From a virus (taxonomy: Duplodnaviria > Caudoviricetes): a DNA stretch of 30,905 bases. The stretch covers positions 1-30,905 of the IMG/VR virus record IMGVR_UViG_3300033067_000044; one strand, 5' to 3'. The notes below the pieces were generated by a model. That model saw only the letters and a program-made list of their open reading frames with translations. It was not told the DNA's origin and made no database searches. Made by a program: the position numbers and the translations under genes. Positions 1 to 9,207 of the stretch are shown here, piece after piece; position 1 is the stretch's first letter; each line of letters opens with the position of its first letter.

Positions 1-26
1 AAGCTGTTGCTTCTGGTGGTCGATAA
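1..26 (+). CDS. 3' end of an upstream virion gene (partial), possibly tail hub/tube protein
   Basis: Reads ...AVASGGR* ending at TAA 24-26; lies just upstream of the ejection-protein cluster. Too short to identify. Confidence 0.3.
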
Positions 27-65
27 GCGCGTGTGCGCTATTGAGTCGCCAAGAGACTAAAATTC

Positions 66-383
66 ATGCAAGAGTTGCAAGGTGGGAAAGTACCTGTTTG
101 TGTTCGTAAGGAATACGTCATGTATTTTGAATACTTCAACGACAACATCTGGTTTCACACGGACATTTTCAAATGGACGGCTGATGTCAGAAGGCGTTAC
201 ACGGAAGATGTAAATAAGCTGTTGTCGTTGGTGAATTGTCCAATTGCTGCGTTGATTCGTGAGAGCGACACCAAACTCAAAAGATTCGCTGAATCATTTG
301 GCTGGATTGAGAAGTGTCAAATAGTTTTGGTTGATGGCTCGAAAGCCTACATCTACGCTTCAAAGCGTAACAAAGGGGAATGA
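66..383 (+). CDS. GNAT-like (acetyltransferase-fold) phage protein
   Basis: 105 aa; KLKRFAESFGW resembles the GNAT C-terminal rf.e.lGf motif; position before the ejection genes matches T7 gp13-like genes. Confidence 0.5.
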   Translation: MQELQGGKVPVCVRKEYVMYFEYFNDNIWFHTDIFKWTADVRRRYTEDVNKLLSLVNCPIAALIRESDTKLKRFAESFGWIEKCQIVLVDGSKAYIYASKRNKGE

Positions 384-384
384 T

Positions 385-1623
385 ATGGGTGGTGTTGTAA
401 GCGCAGTTACAGATACGGTTGGCGGTGTTGTTGATACGGTCAAGGATGTTGCATCAAGTGACTTAGGTAAAGCAGCATTGATCGGTGGCGGTCTTTACGC
501 TACTGGTGGTTTAGGTGGGCTTGGTTGGGGTGAAGCTGCTCCTGAGCTGCTTGGTGAAGCAAGTGGCGCATGGGCTACAAGTCCTGCTGCTGGTAGTGGA
601 ATATCTAGCCTTCTTGGTGGTTTGTCAGCTGGTCAAGCATTAGGTCTTGGCGCTGGAGCTTTAGCTCTCGGCGGTGGTCTTGGTGGAAAACAGCCAACAC
701 AATCAACCACTACAAATGCCATCGACCCTGAAATGAAGGCTGCTTACTTGCGCAACTTGCAAGAAGCTCGCACAACTGCTGCTGGCCTTGGTCAAAAGCA
801 GTTTGCTGATTTCAGTTCACAGTATGGTACTGCTGAACAGCAATTGCGCAACATTGGTCTTGGCGGTGCTGGTCAAGCAGGTACTGCTGAAGCATCACGC
901 CTGTCAAGCCAATTAGCTGGCTTTACACCACAACAGATTCAAGCTGGAACTGGCGCTCAGTACATGGGTTCTTATCAAAACCCATACGAGAACCAAGTTG
1001 TTCAAGCTGCTCTTGGTGATGTTGAATTGGCTCGCCAACGTGCTGGCTTGTCTGATCGAGCTGCTGCTACTGCCGCAAAAGCATTTGGTGGCTCACGCCA
1101 AGGCGTTGCAGAAGCTCTGACAAATGAAGCTGCGTTGCGCAATGCTGCAAGCACTGCTGCGAACTTGCGCTCTGCTGGCTTTAACACTGCTGCTCAACTT
1201 GGTCAAACTGATGCAGCTCGTATGCTTGCAGCGGCTGGAACTAACCAAGCAGCGGACATCTCTGGTGCTGGTTTACGTTTGAACGCTGCTGGTCAAATGG
1301 GCAACTTGGCTGCTCAACAGCAAAACCTTGGTATTGTTGGCTCTCAAGCTGTGATGAACGCTGAAGCTCAACGTCAAGCACTTGAACAAGCAAAGCTCGA
1401 TGCTGCTCGCAACTTATCTCTTGAGCGTTTGGGCATCTCTCAATCTGCTTTAGGTCTGCAACCAGCAAACCTTGGCGGTACAACTACAACGCCAATCTAC
1501 AAAAACCAATCTGCTTCAGCTCTTGGTGGGGCATTGTCAGGCGGTATGCTTGGCAACATGATTGGTGGAGCTGGTGGTGCAGGTTACGGCGCTTTAGCTG
1601 GTGGCTTGTTAGGTCTTCTGTAA
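385..1623 (+). CDS. internal virion / DNA ejection protein (Gly/Ala/Gln-rich)
   Basis: Start moved to ATG 385 (SD AAAGGGG upstream); YQNPY..QVV and AFGGSRQGVAEA motifs typical of podophage pilot proteins; Gly-rich hydrophobic C-terminus. Confidence 0.7.
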   Translation: MGGVVSAVTDTVGGVVDTVKDVASSDLGKAALIGGGLYATGGLGGLGWGEAAPELLGEASGAWATSPAAGSGISSLLGGLSAGQALGLGAGALALGGGLGGKQPTQSTTTNAIDPEMKAAYLRNLQEARTTAAGLGQKQFADFSSQYGTAEQQLRNIGLGGAGQAGTAEASRLSSQLAGFTPQQIQAGTGAQYMGSYQNPYENQVVQAALGDVELARQRAGLSDRAAATAAKAFGGSRQGVAEALTNEAALRNAASTAANLRSAGFNTAAQLGQTDAARMLAAAGTNQAADISGAGLRLNAAGQMGNLAAQQQNLGIVGSQAVMNAEAQRQALEQAKLDAARNLSLERLGISQSALGLQPANLGGTTTTPIYKNQSASALGGALSGGMLGNMIGGAGGAGYGALAGGLLGLL

Positions 1624-1630
1624 GGAGTAA

Positions 1631-2965
1631 ATGATGGCAACTCAAGATTTCGGTGGTTTACTCTTTGGTCAAGGCGGTACAGGTCTTGAAGAATATCTGA
1701 CACCAGAACAAACTCAAGGTATTCAGAACCAAGCAATGCTGCAAGCAGCAGCAGCCTTGCTTCAAGCTGGCGGTCCTAGTGCGCGTCCTATCTCTCTTGG
1801 CCAAGCACTTGGCGGTGCTTTGCAAGCAGGACAGCAAGGTTATGGTCAAGCACAGCAAGGTGCTGTTCAAAATCTGATGGCACGTCAGAAACTTCAAGAA
1901 GCACAGATTGAAAACAATCTTCGCAAATTGATGTTGAGTGAATCAGGAATGACACCATCAGGTCAGGCTATTACAACTGCTGGTACAAATCAAACTGGCG
2001 CAGCTCCTGTTGTTGGCGTTACACAAGGGCCTACTTCTGGTTTATTTAGCGCGTTGACACCTGAACAACGTCAATTGATGGCATTTATGAAACCATCAGA
2101 AGGTGTTGCTGCTGCTTTCAAAGCTGCTGGTGAGAAGTATTCACAACTTACACCTGAACAATTGCAAGCAATGGGTATGCAGCCAAATGCTGTGGTGTTT
2201 AAAGGTCCATCAGGTAAACCTGAAATCGTATCTCGACCTGATTATCAGTGGGTTGAAACACCTGCTGGTGGTAAGCAGTTGATGGACATGAATAACCCAT
2301 TAGGCACTGTTCCAGCAAAGACAGCAAAAGCTGCTGTTGCTTCTGGAGCTGCTCCTGCTCCCACAACTACTGCTGGCGGCGCTCCAACATATGGCGGTGG
2401 CATGGCTCCAGCATTGAAGCCAGAGCAGATCATGACAACTGTCGCTGCTTGGGATAAGGATTACCGCAAGCCAGTTGAAGACATCTTGTCTAGCTATAAG
2501 ATTGTTGAAGACTTAGCCACAACTGGTGGAGCTGGAATCTCTGATTATGGTATTTTGATTAAATCATTGAAGGCTCTTGAGCCTAACTCTGCTGTTATGC
2601 AGGGTGAATCTGATTCAGCTCGTCAAATGCAATCAATGGCTGACCGTATGCAAGGATTGGTTGACCGCATTGGTCAAGGCGGCATCGGAGCAGAACAGGC
2701 TCGTTTGGACTTGTCAAACTTGGCGCGTACATCTGCAAACGTTGCTGTTGATGCTTATAACCGTCAAGCAGTACGCAAGTCTCAATTGCTTGGACAATAC
2801 GTTCCGAAGTCAGTTCTTGAAAGCACATTTCAACAATTTGAAAAGCCATCTGCTTTGACAAGCAAGGCTCAAATGGAAAAAGAAATTCGCGCTAAAACAA
2901 CTCCTGCTGCTGCTGGACAAACATTGACCTATGACCCTGCAACCAAAACTTGGGGATACCGATAA
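1631..2965 (+). CDS. internal virion / DNA ejection protein
   Basis: 444 aa, SD TAAGGAG; Q/A/G-rich N-terminus (P.SLGQALG); position in the ejection cluster. Confidence 0.65.
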   Translation: MMATQDFGGLLFGQGGTGLEEYLTPEQTQGIQNQAMLQAAAALLQAGGPSARPISLGQALGGALQAGQQGYGQAQQGAVQNLMARQKLQEAQIENNLRKLMLSESGMTPSGQAITTAGTNQTGAAPVVGVTQGPTSGLFSALTPEQRQLMAFMKPSEGVAAAFKAAGEKYSQLTPEQLQAMGMQPNAVVFKGPSGKPEIVSRPDYQWVETPAGGKQLMDMNNPLGTVPAKTAKAAVASGAAPAPTTTAGGAPTYGGGMAPALKPEQIMTTVAAWDKDYRKPVEDILSSYKIVEDLATTGGAGISDYGILIKSLKALEPNSAVMQGESDSARQMQSMADRMQGLVDRIGQGGIGAEQARLDLSNLARTSANVAVDAYNRQAVRKSQLLGQYVPKSVLESTFQQFEKPSALTSKAQMEKEIRAKTTPAAAGQTLTYDPATKTWGYR

Positions 2966-4893
2966 TGACAACAATCGTAGTTGAAGGCGTTGGTCCAGTA
3001 ACTCTGCCTGACAACATGAGCCGCGAGGAAATGGAAGCAGCCATTGCGTTGCTTCCAAAGCCTGAGACTCAGCGTATTCGTCAGTTTGCTCAAGGTGCAA
3101 CTCTCAATACTGCTGATGAGGCAGAGGCTTACTCACGAGCTGCAATGTTTGGCACAAAGCCAGAAGATGAGTTGAAGCAGATTCGCGCAAAGGTTTCTGC
3201 ATATCAAAAAGCCTATCCAGTTGAGTCAACATCGTATGAACTGGCTGGCGCGTTGGCTCCATCAGTTGCAATGGCTCCATTCACTGGTGGCACATCTCTA
3301 ACTGCTGCACCAGTTCAAGCTGGCCCTGCACTTGGGCGCTTGATGGCTATGGGCGCTGCTCAAGGTGGTATCTCTGGCTTTGCAAGCGGTGAAAGCACTA
3401 TGGCAGACCGTTTGCAACGTGCTGTTGGCGGCACTGTTGCTGGTGGCCTGATGGCCCCAGTTGCACAGCAAGCCGTGAAAGCTATTGGCGGTTTGGTTGG
3501 TGGTGTGATTGATACAGTTCGTCGTCGTGTTGGTGACCGTGGTGCTAAAGTCGTTGAGACTGAGTTGCAACGCCTGACAACTGAAACTGGTTTGACACCA
3601 GATGAGATTGTTGACAAGATCGCCAAGGGTGAAATCATGGCTGAGAACGCCACGCTGCAAGACGCTGTTCGCGTATTTGCTCGTGGCGGTGGTCAGGCAT
3701 CAACAATTCTAAAGAAGGCTTTGACTGAGCGTCCACCAGCATTGCGTGGCCAAGCTATGAATGAGTTGCAACAAGGCTTGGCTGGTGATTTAGACACCAA
3801 CGTCTTAAAGTCATTCCGAGCTGGTGAGGCTGATCTTTTAAAAGTTGAAAATGATCTTTATAAAGGTGCATTTGGAAAAGGCGGTATTGTTAACAACGAT
3901 ATGCTAAATGCCGCATCTAGTGCATTAAAGAGAACTCCTGAAAGTGGAAAAGCAATTAATGAGTTCTACAAATCAAAAACTGAAAAAGACCCATTTTTTA
4001 GAGTGATGGAAAATGGTGAGGTCAAATGGGACAGGATGCCAACACTTGAGGACATGGAGATTATTCGCAGAGGCATTGCTGACGCGAAGAACAAAGCGTT
4101 TACCACAGGAAGCAAGGGTGTTGGTATAAACCTTGGCGAAGCAGAGCTTGCACTTCGTGCTGAATTGGATAAATCTTCTTTGGCTTTGCGTGATGCTAGG
4201 GCAACAGTTGCTGCTAACCGTAGCGCATCAGAAGCGTTTGATGCTGGCCGCAAGGTGTTCACAAAGAGTGCTGATGAGATTCAGTATGACTTTGAGAACT
4301 TGGCCGCAAAGAGTGAAGGTTCAGCCAAAGCGTTTCGCGCTGGCGTGATGGATGCGTTGCGCAACAAGTCCAGCCTTGGTGCTGGCAAGACGATGATGCA
4401 AAAGATTGAAGACCCTATGTCTAAAGAAGGTCAAATTCTGCGCACTATCTTTCCACAAGATCAGATTGACTCAATGCTTGCAACAGTTGGTCGAGCATCA
4501 CAATCGCAACGCGCAGCAACTGCTGTGCTTGGTGGTTCATCAACTGCGCCAACGCAGTTTAATGCTGCTCGTGTTGGCATGAACATCTCTGCTGAAGAAG
4601 TTTCAAACGCTGCAAGTGGGAACCCAATTGCAATTTTTAACGTGACAAAGAAGGCTCTGGCTAAAGCCACGCCAACATTGTCTGATGCTCAACGCGCACA
4701 AATTGCACAAATCTTGGTGTCTGAAGACCCTAAGTTTGTGTTGAACGCATTGAAAGATCAAAGCGGAATCAAGATGCTGCAAGACCGTGTGACTCAGATG
4801 TTTGGTCAAGCGCAGCGTGTAGCGCCATCAGCAGCAGCAATTACTGCTGGCAGCTTGGGTGGTGATGTAACTGGTGGACTCTTGGGACGTTAA
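2965..4893 (+). CDS. large internal virion / DNA ejection protein
   Basis: ATG 2965 overlaps the previous stop (TAATG); Ala/Gly-rich and predicted helical; RQFAQGATLNTADEAEA motif typical of podophage ejection proteins. Confidence 0.65.
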   Translation: MTTIVVEGVGPVTLPDNMSREEMEAAIALLPKPETQRIRQFAQGATLNTADEAEAYSRAAMFGTKPEDELKQIRAKVSAYQKAYPVESTSYELAGALAPSVAMAPFTGGTSLTAAPVQAGPALGRLMAMGAAQGGISGFASGESTMADRLQRAVGGTVAGGLMAPVAQQAVKAIGGLVGGVIDTVRRRVGDRGAKVVETELQRLTTETGLTPDEIVDKIAKGEIMAENATLQDAVRVFARGGGQASTILKKALTERPPALRGQAMNELQQGLAGDLDTNVLKSFRAGEADLLKVENDLYKGAFGKGGIVNNDMLNAASSALKRTPESGKAINEFYKSKTEKDPFFRVMENGEVKWDRMPTLEDMEIIRRGIADAKNKAFTTGSKGVGINLGEAELALRAELDKSSLALRDARATVAANRSASEAFDAGRKVFTKSADEIQYDFENLAAKSEGSAKAFRAGVMDALRNKSSLGAGKTMMQKIEDPMSKEGQILRTIFPQDQIDSMLATVGRASQSQRAATAVLGGSSTAPTQFNAARVGMNISAEEVSNAASGNPIAIFNVTKKALAKATPTLSDAQRAQIAQILVSEDPKFVLNALKDQSGIKMLQDRVTQMFGQAQRVAPSAAAITAGSLGGDVTGGLLGR

Positions 4894-4895
4894 AA

Positions 4896-6128
4896 ATGGC
4901 AACACAAAACCCATACTCAGATTCTCTTTTGATGGATGCTTTGCGAGGCTCGTTGAGCAACGCAGAGTCTTTAGGTCGTGGGTTTGCTGTTGCACCTGTT
5001 GGTTTGCTTGGTGATGTCAATGCCTTGGCGCGTCAGTACATCACACCACGCTTGTTTTCACGAGTGCAAGGCTTGTTGCAAGCAGCGCCAGCAGCACCAA
5101 CAACTGAGCAAATCCTTGCAAACATTCCTCGTGCTTCTGCGCCACGAATGGAGACTTCAGGCATGGAGCAGTTGGGCGCTGCAATGAATCCACGTGGTCC
5201 TGTTGAGTTGGCTCGTGGTGCTGGTCGCATTGCTGGCAATGCCATCAATGATGCAATAGTTTATGACCGTGGGTTGCTGGCTGGTATTACGCCACAGCCA
5301 AACCGTATATTTGTTCCAGCATCTTCTGAAGAATCATTGAGAGCATCCCGTATGCTAAAGACAATGAAGCCTGAAGACGTTTGGCGTGAAACTGGTGTTG
5401 GTAATTGGGGTGGTGAATACGTCAAAGAGATTTCTGACAAAGGTGCAAAGTTCAACACAGCGCAAGATATTGCTACTGACGCTCAAAAGATTCGTGATCG
5501 TAATCTTGAGTTAAAGCAAACCATCAAAGAAAGCCAAAGCACATATCCTGATTTGTTTCCAAAGGAATTGACTGCTGCTCGCAGACCTTTACGCGAGGAA
5601 ATCAAAGCGAACCAGAATATGCTTGAGCGTAACTATGGTTATGAGTCGGACCCAAAGTGGATGGGTAATTTTGCTCAATTGGCTTATGAGCATCCTGAAC
5701 TTTATAAAGCATTTCCTGAGTTGAAGAATGTTGTAATTCGTCAAGGTCGTGAAGGCGGCCCATACCTAGGCTCTTACGAGAGACTTCCACATCTGCAAGT
5801 TGGCTCAGTCGATGTGTACGGACAATCTTTGCGTGGAAATCCAAAGTCAACAGCTACGCACGAGATGCAACACGCAGTTCAAGACATTTCTGGTTGGCAA
5901 TCAGGGGGCACACCTGAACAGTTTATGTCTTCTGAAGTCACTAATGGATTTACTCCATTTGAAAACTATCAGCGCCTTGCTGGTGAAGCTCAAGCTCGTC
6001 TTGCACAGACAAGACTTGACTTGACACCAGAAGAACGCTTGCAGTACTACCCATTTGCTCAAGGAAAATACGGCCTTGATGTAAGCCCTGATGAGCTAAT
6101 GTTTGATACTGGCTTACTAGGACGCTGA
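4896..6128 (+). CDS. virion-associated protein with LPD23-like zincin (HExxH) domain
   Basis: VWRETG...EISD, HPELYKAFPELKNV, THEMQHAVQ..GWQSGG and YQRLAGEAQARL..R motifs. Confidence 0.7.
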   Translation: MATQNPYSDSLLMDALRGSLSNAESLGRGFAVAPVGLLGDVNALARQYITPRLFSRVQGLLQAAPAAPTTEQILANIPRASAPRMETSGMEQLGAAMNPRGPVELARGAGRIAGNAINDAIVYDRGLLAGITPQPNRIFVPASSEESLRASRMLKTMKPEDVWRETGVGNWGGEYVKEISDKGAKFNTAQDIATDAQKIRDRNLELKQTIKESQSTYPDLFPKELTAARRPLREEIKANQNMLERNYGYESDPKWMGNFAQLAYEHPELYKAFPELKNVVIRQGREGGPYLGSYERLPHLQVGSVDVYGQSLRGNPKSTATHEMQHAVQDISGWQSGGTPEQFMSSEVTNGFTPFENYQRLAGEAQARLAQTRLDLTPEERLQYYPFAQGKYGLDVSPDELMFDTGLLGR

Positions 6129-6494
6129 CCCAAAAAACGCAGCCGTCAACGGGTCGCGTTTGATCTTACGTTTAAGCTGACGTTCACGCGCCAGCCTAAA
6201 CGCCTTCTTTTCCACATCTTCCTTTTCGCGCATCTTCTGCACTCGCTCTGTACTGGTCATTGGTCTTGGCTTAACAGCGTCAACACCAATGCCATAACGG
6301 TAAGCAGCAGTTGGGATGCCTTGATACTCAGCATGATGCCACTCTTGGATGTAAATCTGATTGCGCTGGTACAGCTCACGCAAGATTGCTCTCGCGTGGC
6401 GTACATGGCAATGAATAACCTTCGACACTTCAGTGGCCGTCAAAGGTTTATCCATGATTGCATTGATGAGCCTTGGTCGCTGGACTGACTTCAT
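6117..6494 (-). CDS. HTH-containing DNA-binding protein
   Basis: PLTATEVSKVIHCHVRHARAILREL looks like a winged HTH; ends with RDPLTAAFFG; last gene of the leftward operon. Confidence 0.55.
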   Translation of the reverse strand: MKSVQRPRLINAIMDKPLTATEVSKVIHCHVRHARAILRELYQRNQIYIQEWHHAEYQGIPTAAYRYGIGVDAVKPRPMTSTERVQKMREKEDVEKKAFRLARERQLKRKIKRDPLTAAFFGSAS

Positions 6495-6754
6495 TTCAAT
6501 CTGTTCGCTACCAAAGTTGCGTAACCAGAGATGTCATGCCACGAGTCAGCATAATCAGGGTCTCCATTAAGAATCCTAGCTATCTTATGGAAGATCATAT
6601 CTAGTGCTTCTTTTTGGTCGTATGCCATTCCATCCCATGTTTGTTTATGCTCTTTGCGGACGTAACTTTTAAAGTTCTGAACAGTCCTAGCGTTGTCCAT
6701 AAACTCTCCGTAGTTAGCGCCACGCTGCGCCAATGTTTCATTAATGTCTGTCAT
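6491..6754 (-). CDS. DUF6378-like small helical protein (nucleotide-associated family)
   Basis: TLAQRGANYG...KIARILNGDPDYADSWHDISGYATLV signature. Confidence 0.7.
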   Translation of the reverse strand: MTDINETLAQRGANYGEFMDNARTVQNFKSYVRKEHKQTWDGMAYDQKEALDMIFHKIARILNGDPDYADSWHDISGYATLVANRLK

Positions 6755-7029
6755 TACATTCCTTTTGAATTATTAGTGGCAAAAAACAAGTGCATGAACT
6801 TGTGCATTTCATTTGAATCAATGTGAGCCTCTCTGGCAACTTCATCAGCTTGCAATGCCAAGAATTGATGATATGCAGCGTGTTGAGCTTGCTCCTCTTT
6901 GATTCGCACATCACTTGCACGTTCAAATGCAACAGCACATCTAATAGATTGATGAAGATTTGCAACAGCAATAGCTAGATATTGAGTTGCAACTGCTTTT
7001 AAAAGCATTTCTGATCTGTCTATTTTCAT
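6754..7029 (-). CDS. hypothetical protein
   Basis: 91 aa; start and stop overlap the neighbouring genes. Confidence 0.6.
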   Translation of the reverse strand: MKIDRSEMLLKAVATQYLAIAVANLHQSIRCAVAFERASDVRIKEEQAQHAAYHQFLALQADEVAREAHIDSNEMHKFMHLFFATNNSKGM

Positions 7030-7154
7030 TTCTTCTCATCTTTCTTTTCTTCTGGCTTTTCCTCTGGCTTCTTTTTCTTGCCAAAGATTGCATCAAAGTT
7101 TGTTTCAAATGTTTTGCGATCAGGGATAGGACGAGGTACAGAGCCTTTACCCAT
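7026..7154 (-). CDS. small basic hypothetical protein (42 aa, not in ORF track)
   Basis: Manual translation MGKGSVPRPIPDRKTFETNFDAIFGKKKKPEEKPEEKKDEKK; SD GAAGGAG; ATGA overlap with the next gene. Confidence 0.75.
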   Translation of the reverse strand: MGKGSVPRPIPDRKTFETNFDAIFGKKKKPEEKPEEKKDEKK

Positions 7155-7157
7155 GAC

Positions 7158-7460
7158 TCACTCCTTCACCCAAAGGCCATCAGCGTTTAAGCTGCCCTTG
7201 CGGTCTTTGATTTCTTGGTATGCCAATTCAAAGCAAGTCTGCAAGTCTAGGTCTGCGATGGCAGCACCCATTACAAGCGTAACCAAAATATCTCCATAAG
7301 AGTCAGCCATTGCATTGCGGTCATTGTTTCGGATGGCATCAATCAGCTCATCCAGCTCTTCCTGAGTCTTGATAGCTTGTGCTGCTGGTGTGCTGTGCTG
7401 CACGATTCCACGGGCTTCTCCCCACTGGATAACTTTGATCTCTGTTGCTGCGTAACTCAT
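7158..7460 (-). CDS. MazG-like nucleotide pyrophosphohydrolase
   Basis: W..ARGI, KTQEELDEL, DSYGDILVTL and AYQEIKDRKG give the EExxE...DxxGD acidic motif of all-alpha NTP-PPases. Confidence 0.8.
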   Translation of the reverse strand: MSYAATEIKVIQWGEARGIVQHSTPAAQAIKTQEELDELIDAIRNNDRNAMADSYGDILVTLVMGAAIADLDLQTCFELAYQEIKDRKGSLNADGLWVKE

Positions 7461-7783
7461 TTTTTCTTTCCTTTTGGTGTGACGTCTGCTGTACCAGCTC
7501 TACTAAAAACCTTGAACTCACGGGGAGCCAAGTCGATTCTTTCTTTGGTGGTCTTCTTAGGCTTCATCATCTCTGGCGCTCGCATGACATGAAGTGGCTT
7601 GACCATGTGATGAATTGTGCCAAGAGATGGGTTTGTCTTGCGAAGTTCCTCAGTGTACTCAGCCATCATTTGCGAAGACTTTTTGTGCTTGTTCTGCACC
7701 ATGATGCTGGCTGTGAAGTCCTTCATATACGTTTTGACGTAATCAGGATGAAAGCAATTTATTATTTGATTAGTCGCGGTCAT
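7457..7783 (-). CDS. hypothetical protein
   Basis: 108 aa; overlaps both neighbours in the operon. Confidence 0.65.
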   Translation of the reverse strand: MTATNQIINCFHPDYVKTYMKDFTASIMVQNKHKKSSQMMAEYTEELRKTNPSLGTIHHMVKPLHVMRAPEMMKPKKTTKERIDLAPREFKVFSRAGTADVTPKGKKK

Positions 7784-7913
7784 TGAATGATTCCATTAAA
7801 AAAAGAGATGTGATGTAAATGGCTGCAACGCCAATGAATGTGATGAAGCCAATGCCAAGCAAGAAGCAAAGCAGGGCAATGTTTGAGATGTCTTCAGTTG
7901 CAAAGTCATTCAT
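7770..7913 (-). CDS. small single-TM membrane protein
   Basis: Start at ATG 7913 (ATGA overlap with upstream gene); hydrophobic IALLCFLLGIGFITFIGVAAIYI. Confidence 0.6.
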   Translation of the reverse strand: MNDFATEDISNIALLCFLLGIGFITFIGVAAIYITSLFLMESFNDRD

Positions 7914-8095
7914 GGTGTACCACCACGCTTGATACGGCATTGCAGAGCAAAGCCCCATCCTAGCCCCCAAATAGTCCAAAGCCATCTGTCAATGTATGGC
8001 CAAAACTCAGGGTTACTGTTCCAGTTAATGAACCCAAGCAAGACGTAGACAACTGCCAGCATGATTGGGTACGCGATCAGGTCAATATATTTCAT
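7910..8095 (-). CDS. small two-TM membrane protein
   Basis: SD AGGAG; two hydrophobic segments around FINWNSNPEFW. Confidence 0.65.
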   Translation of the reverse strand: MKYIDLIAYPIMLAVVYVLLGFINWNSNPEFWPYIDRWLWTIWGLGWGFALQCRIKRGGTP

Positions 8096-8273
8096 GGTTT
8101 GCTCCTAAATTCCTTGATGCCCACTCTATGAACTTTTTGTCTGTTTGTACTCGTTTGCTTGGATTGTTTGGTGGTGGTGGTTTGCGTTTATTCGCAACAG
8201 CTTTTGGCTTTGCTTCTGGCTTGTTAGGCCACGGCGCGTTAGGTGCAAGTACAGTTTTAATAATCATCTTCAA
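8082..8273 (-). CDS. hypothetical Pro/Lys-rich protein
   Basis: 63 aa with VLAPNAPWP motif; fills the operon. Confidence 0.55.
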   Translation of the reverse strand: MKMIIKTVLAPNAPWPNKPEAKPKAVANKRKPPPPNNPSKRVQTDKKFIEWASRNLGANHEIY

Positions 8274-8454
8274 TCTCTCTTGGTTCTATGCCAGAGCCGT
8301 GGCACTTACGACAGGCTGCACCGTCATACATACCTTCACCGCATCCACCACACCAGCTACACACTTCTTCTTCGTCATCTTCTTCTAGTTCATCTTCCAT
8401 CACGCACTCAATGCAACTGCAATGAGTTGTTCCACAGTTCTGAGGTTTGTTCAT
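8257..8454 (-). CDS. small Cys-rich protein with DnaJ-type zinc-finger motif
   Basis: CSWCGGCG...CRKCHGSG (CxxCxGxG pair) plus N-terminal NCGTTHCSCIEC; SD GAGGAG. Confidence 0.65.
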   Translation of the reverse strand: MNKPQNCGTTHCSCIECVMEDELEEDDEEEVCSWCGGCGEGMYDGAACRKCHGSGIEPREIEDDY

Positions 8455-8561
8455 TTTTGCTCCTCATCTTCCATTGCAATACCAATACGAACAACAAATA
8501 AAGCAAAAACAAAACCACAAATAAAACCCCAAGCAATCAATATTTGTTCAAAAAATGTCAT
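8451..8561 (-). CDS. small membrane peptide (36 aa, not in ORF track)
   Basis: MTFFEQILIAWGFICGFVFALFVVRIGIAMEDEEQK; ATGA overlaps at both ends; SD GGAG. Confidence 0.7.
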   Translation of the reverse strand: MTFFEQILIAWGFICGFVFALFVVRIGIAMEDEEQK

Positions 8562-9034
8562 GTTTTCTCCAATACTGAACGTGCTTTACGCATCTTGATT
8601 TCTTTTTCAACGATCTTCATGGCTTGTTCAAGTTCACCAATTGTGGTGATTTCCAACTGAGCATCATGCACGAGCATGGTTTCAACAATCGCTGTCAGCT
8701 CCTCAGCCTTCAACACAAACCTGTCATCACGACTCACCCCACGCTTGGCAACTTCAAGCAAAGCATCTTGGCCAGCTTTAATTTCCTTTGCGTAGTCATC
8801 GCCAATCTTCATTCGTGACAATGCTTCTGCAATGTTGAACGCGCCAATGATTGTGTCAATGTCAATGCGTCCAGCTTCACCTTTGCGCAAGCACTCCAAG
8901 GACTCATGGTTCTTGATCTTCAAGTGCAAGACAGCGTCACCTGTCTCGCTGATATTTCTGAAGCCATTGATGACCCAAGTGATTGCGTCAAGACGAACAC
9001 CTTTGGGTTTGTACTTCTTACGGGGTTTGCTCAC
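8558..9034 (-). CDS. conserved phage hypothetical protein
   Basis: 158 aa, GTG start, basic N-terminus RKKYKPKGVRLD; coupled to neighbours. Confidence 0.7.
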   Translation of the reverse strand: MSKPRKKYKPKGVRLDAITWVINGFRNISETGDAVLHLKIKNHESLECLRKGEAGRIDIDTIIGAFNIAEALSRMKIGDDYAKEIKAGQDALLEVAKRGVSRDDRFVLKAEELTAIVETMLVHDAQLEITTIGELEQAMKIVEKEIKMRKARSVLEKT

Positions 9035-9204
9035 TTCTCAAGCTCCATATTGCTAATCTGCTCATGCAGTGACTCAATCTCTTGTTCGTATTCCTCAAGC
9101 TGCTTGACCAAATCGCAAAGCAACGTAGCAATCTTTGATGTACCAACAGCTTGGTAGGCTTCCAGTTCACGCGCCATCAGCAGGGCTTGGATGCGGTTTT
9201 TCAT
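9031..9204 (-). CDS. small coiled-coil protein (57 aa, not in ORF track)
   Basis: MKNRIQALLMARELEAYQAVGTSKIATLLCDLVKQLEEYEQEIESLHEQISNMELEK; SD AAGGAG; GTGA overlap. Confidence 0.7.
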   Translation of the reverse strand: MKNRIQALLMARELEAYQAVGTSKIATLLCDLVKQLEEYEQEIESLHEQISNMELEK

Positions 9205-9207
9205 GTC

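Noticed and set aside
6127-6162. Bidirectional terminator at the convergent junction
   Set aside because: Only an imperfect stem (AAACGC/GCGTTT) inside coding sequence; too weak to call.
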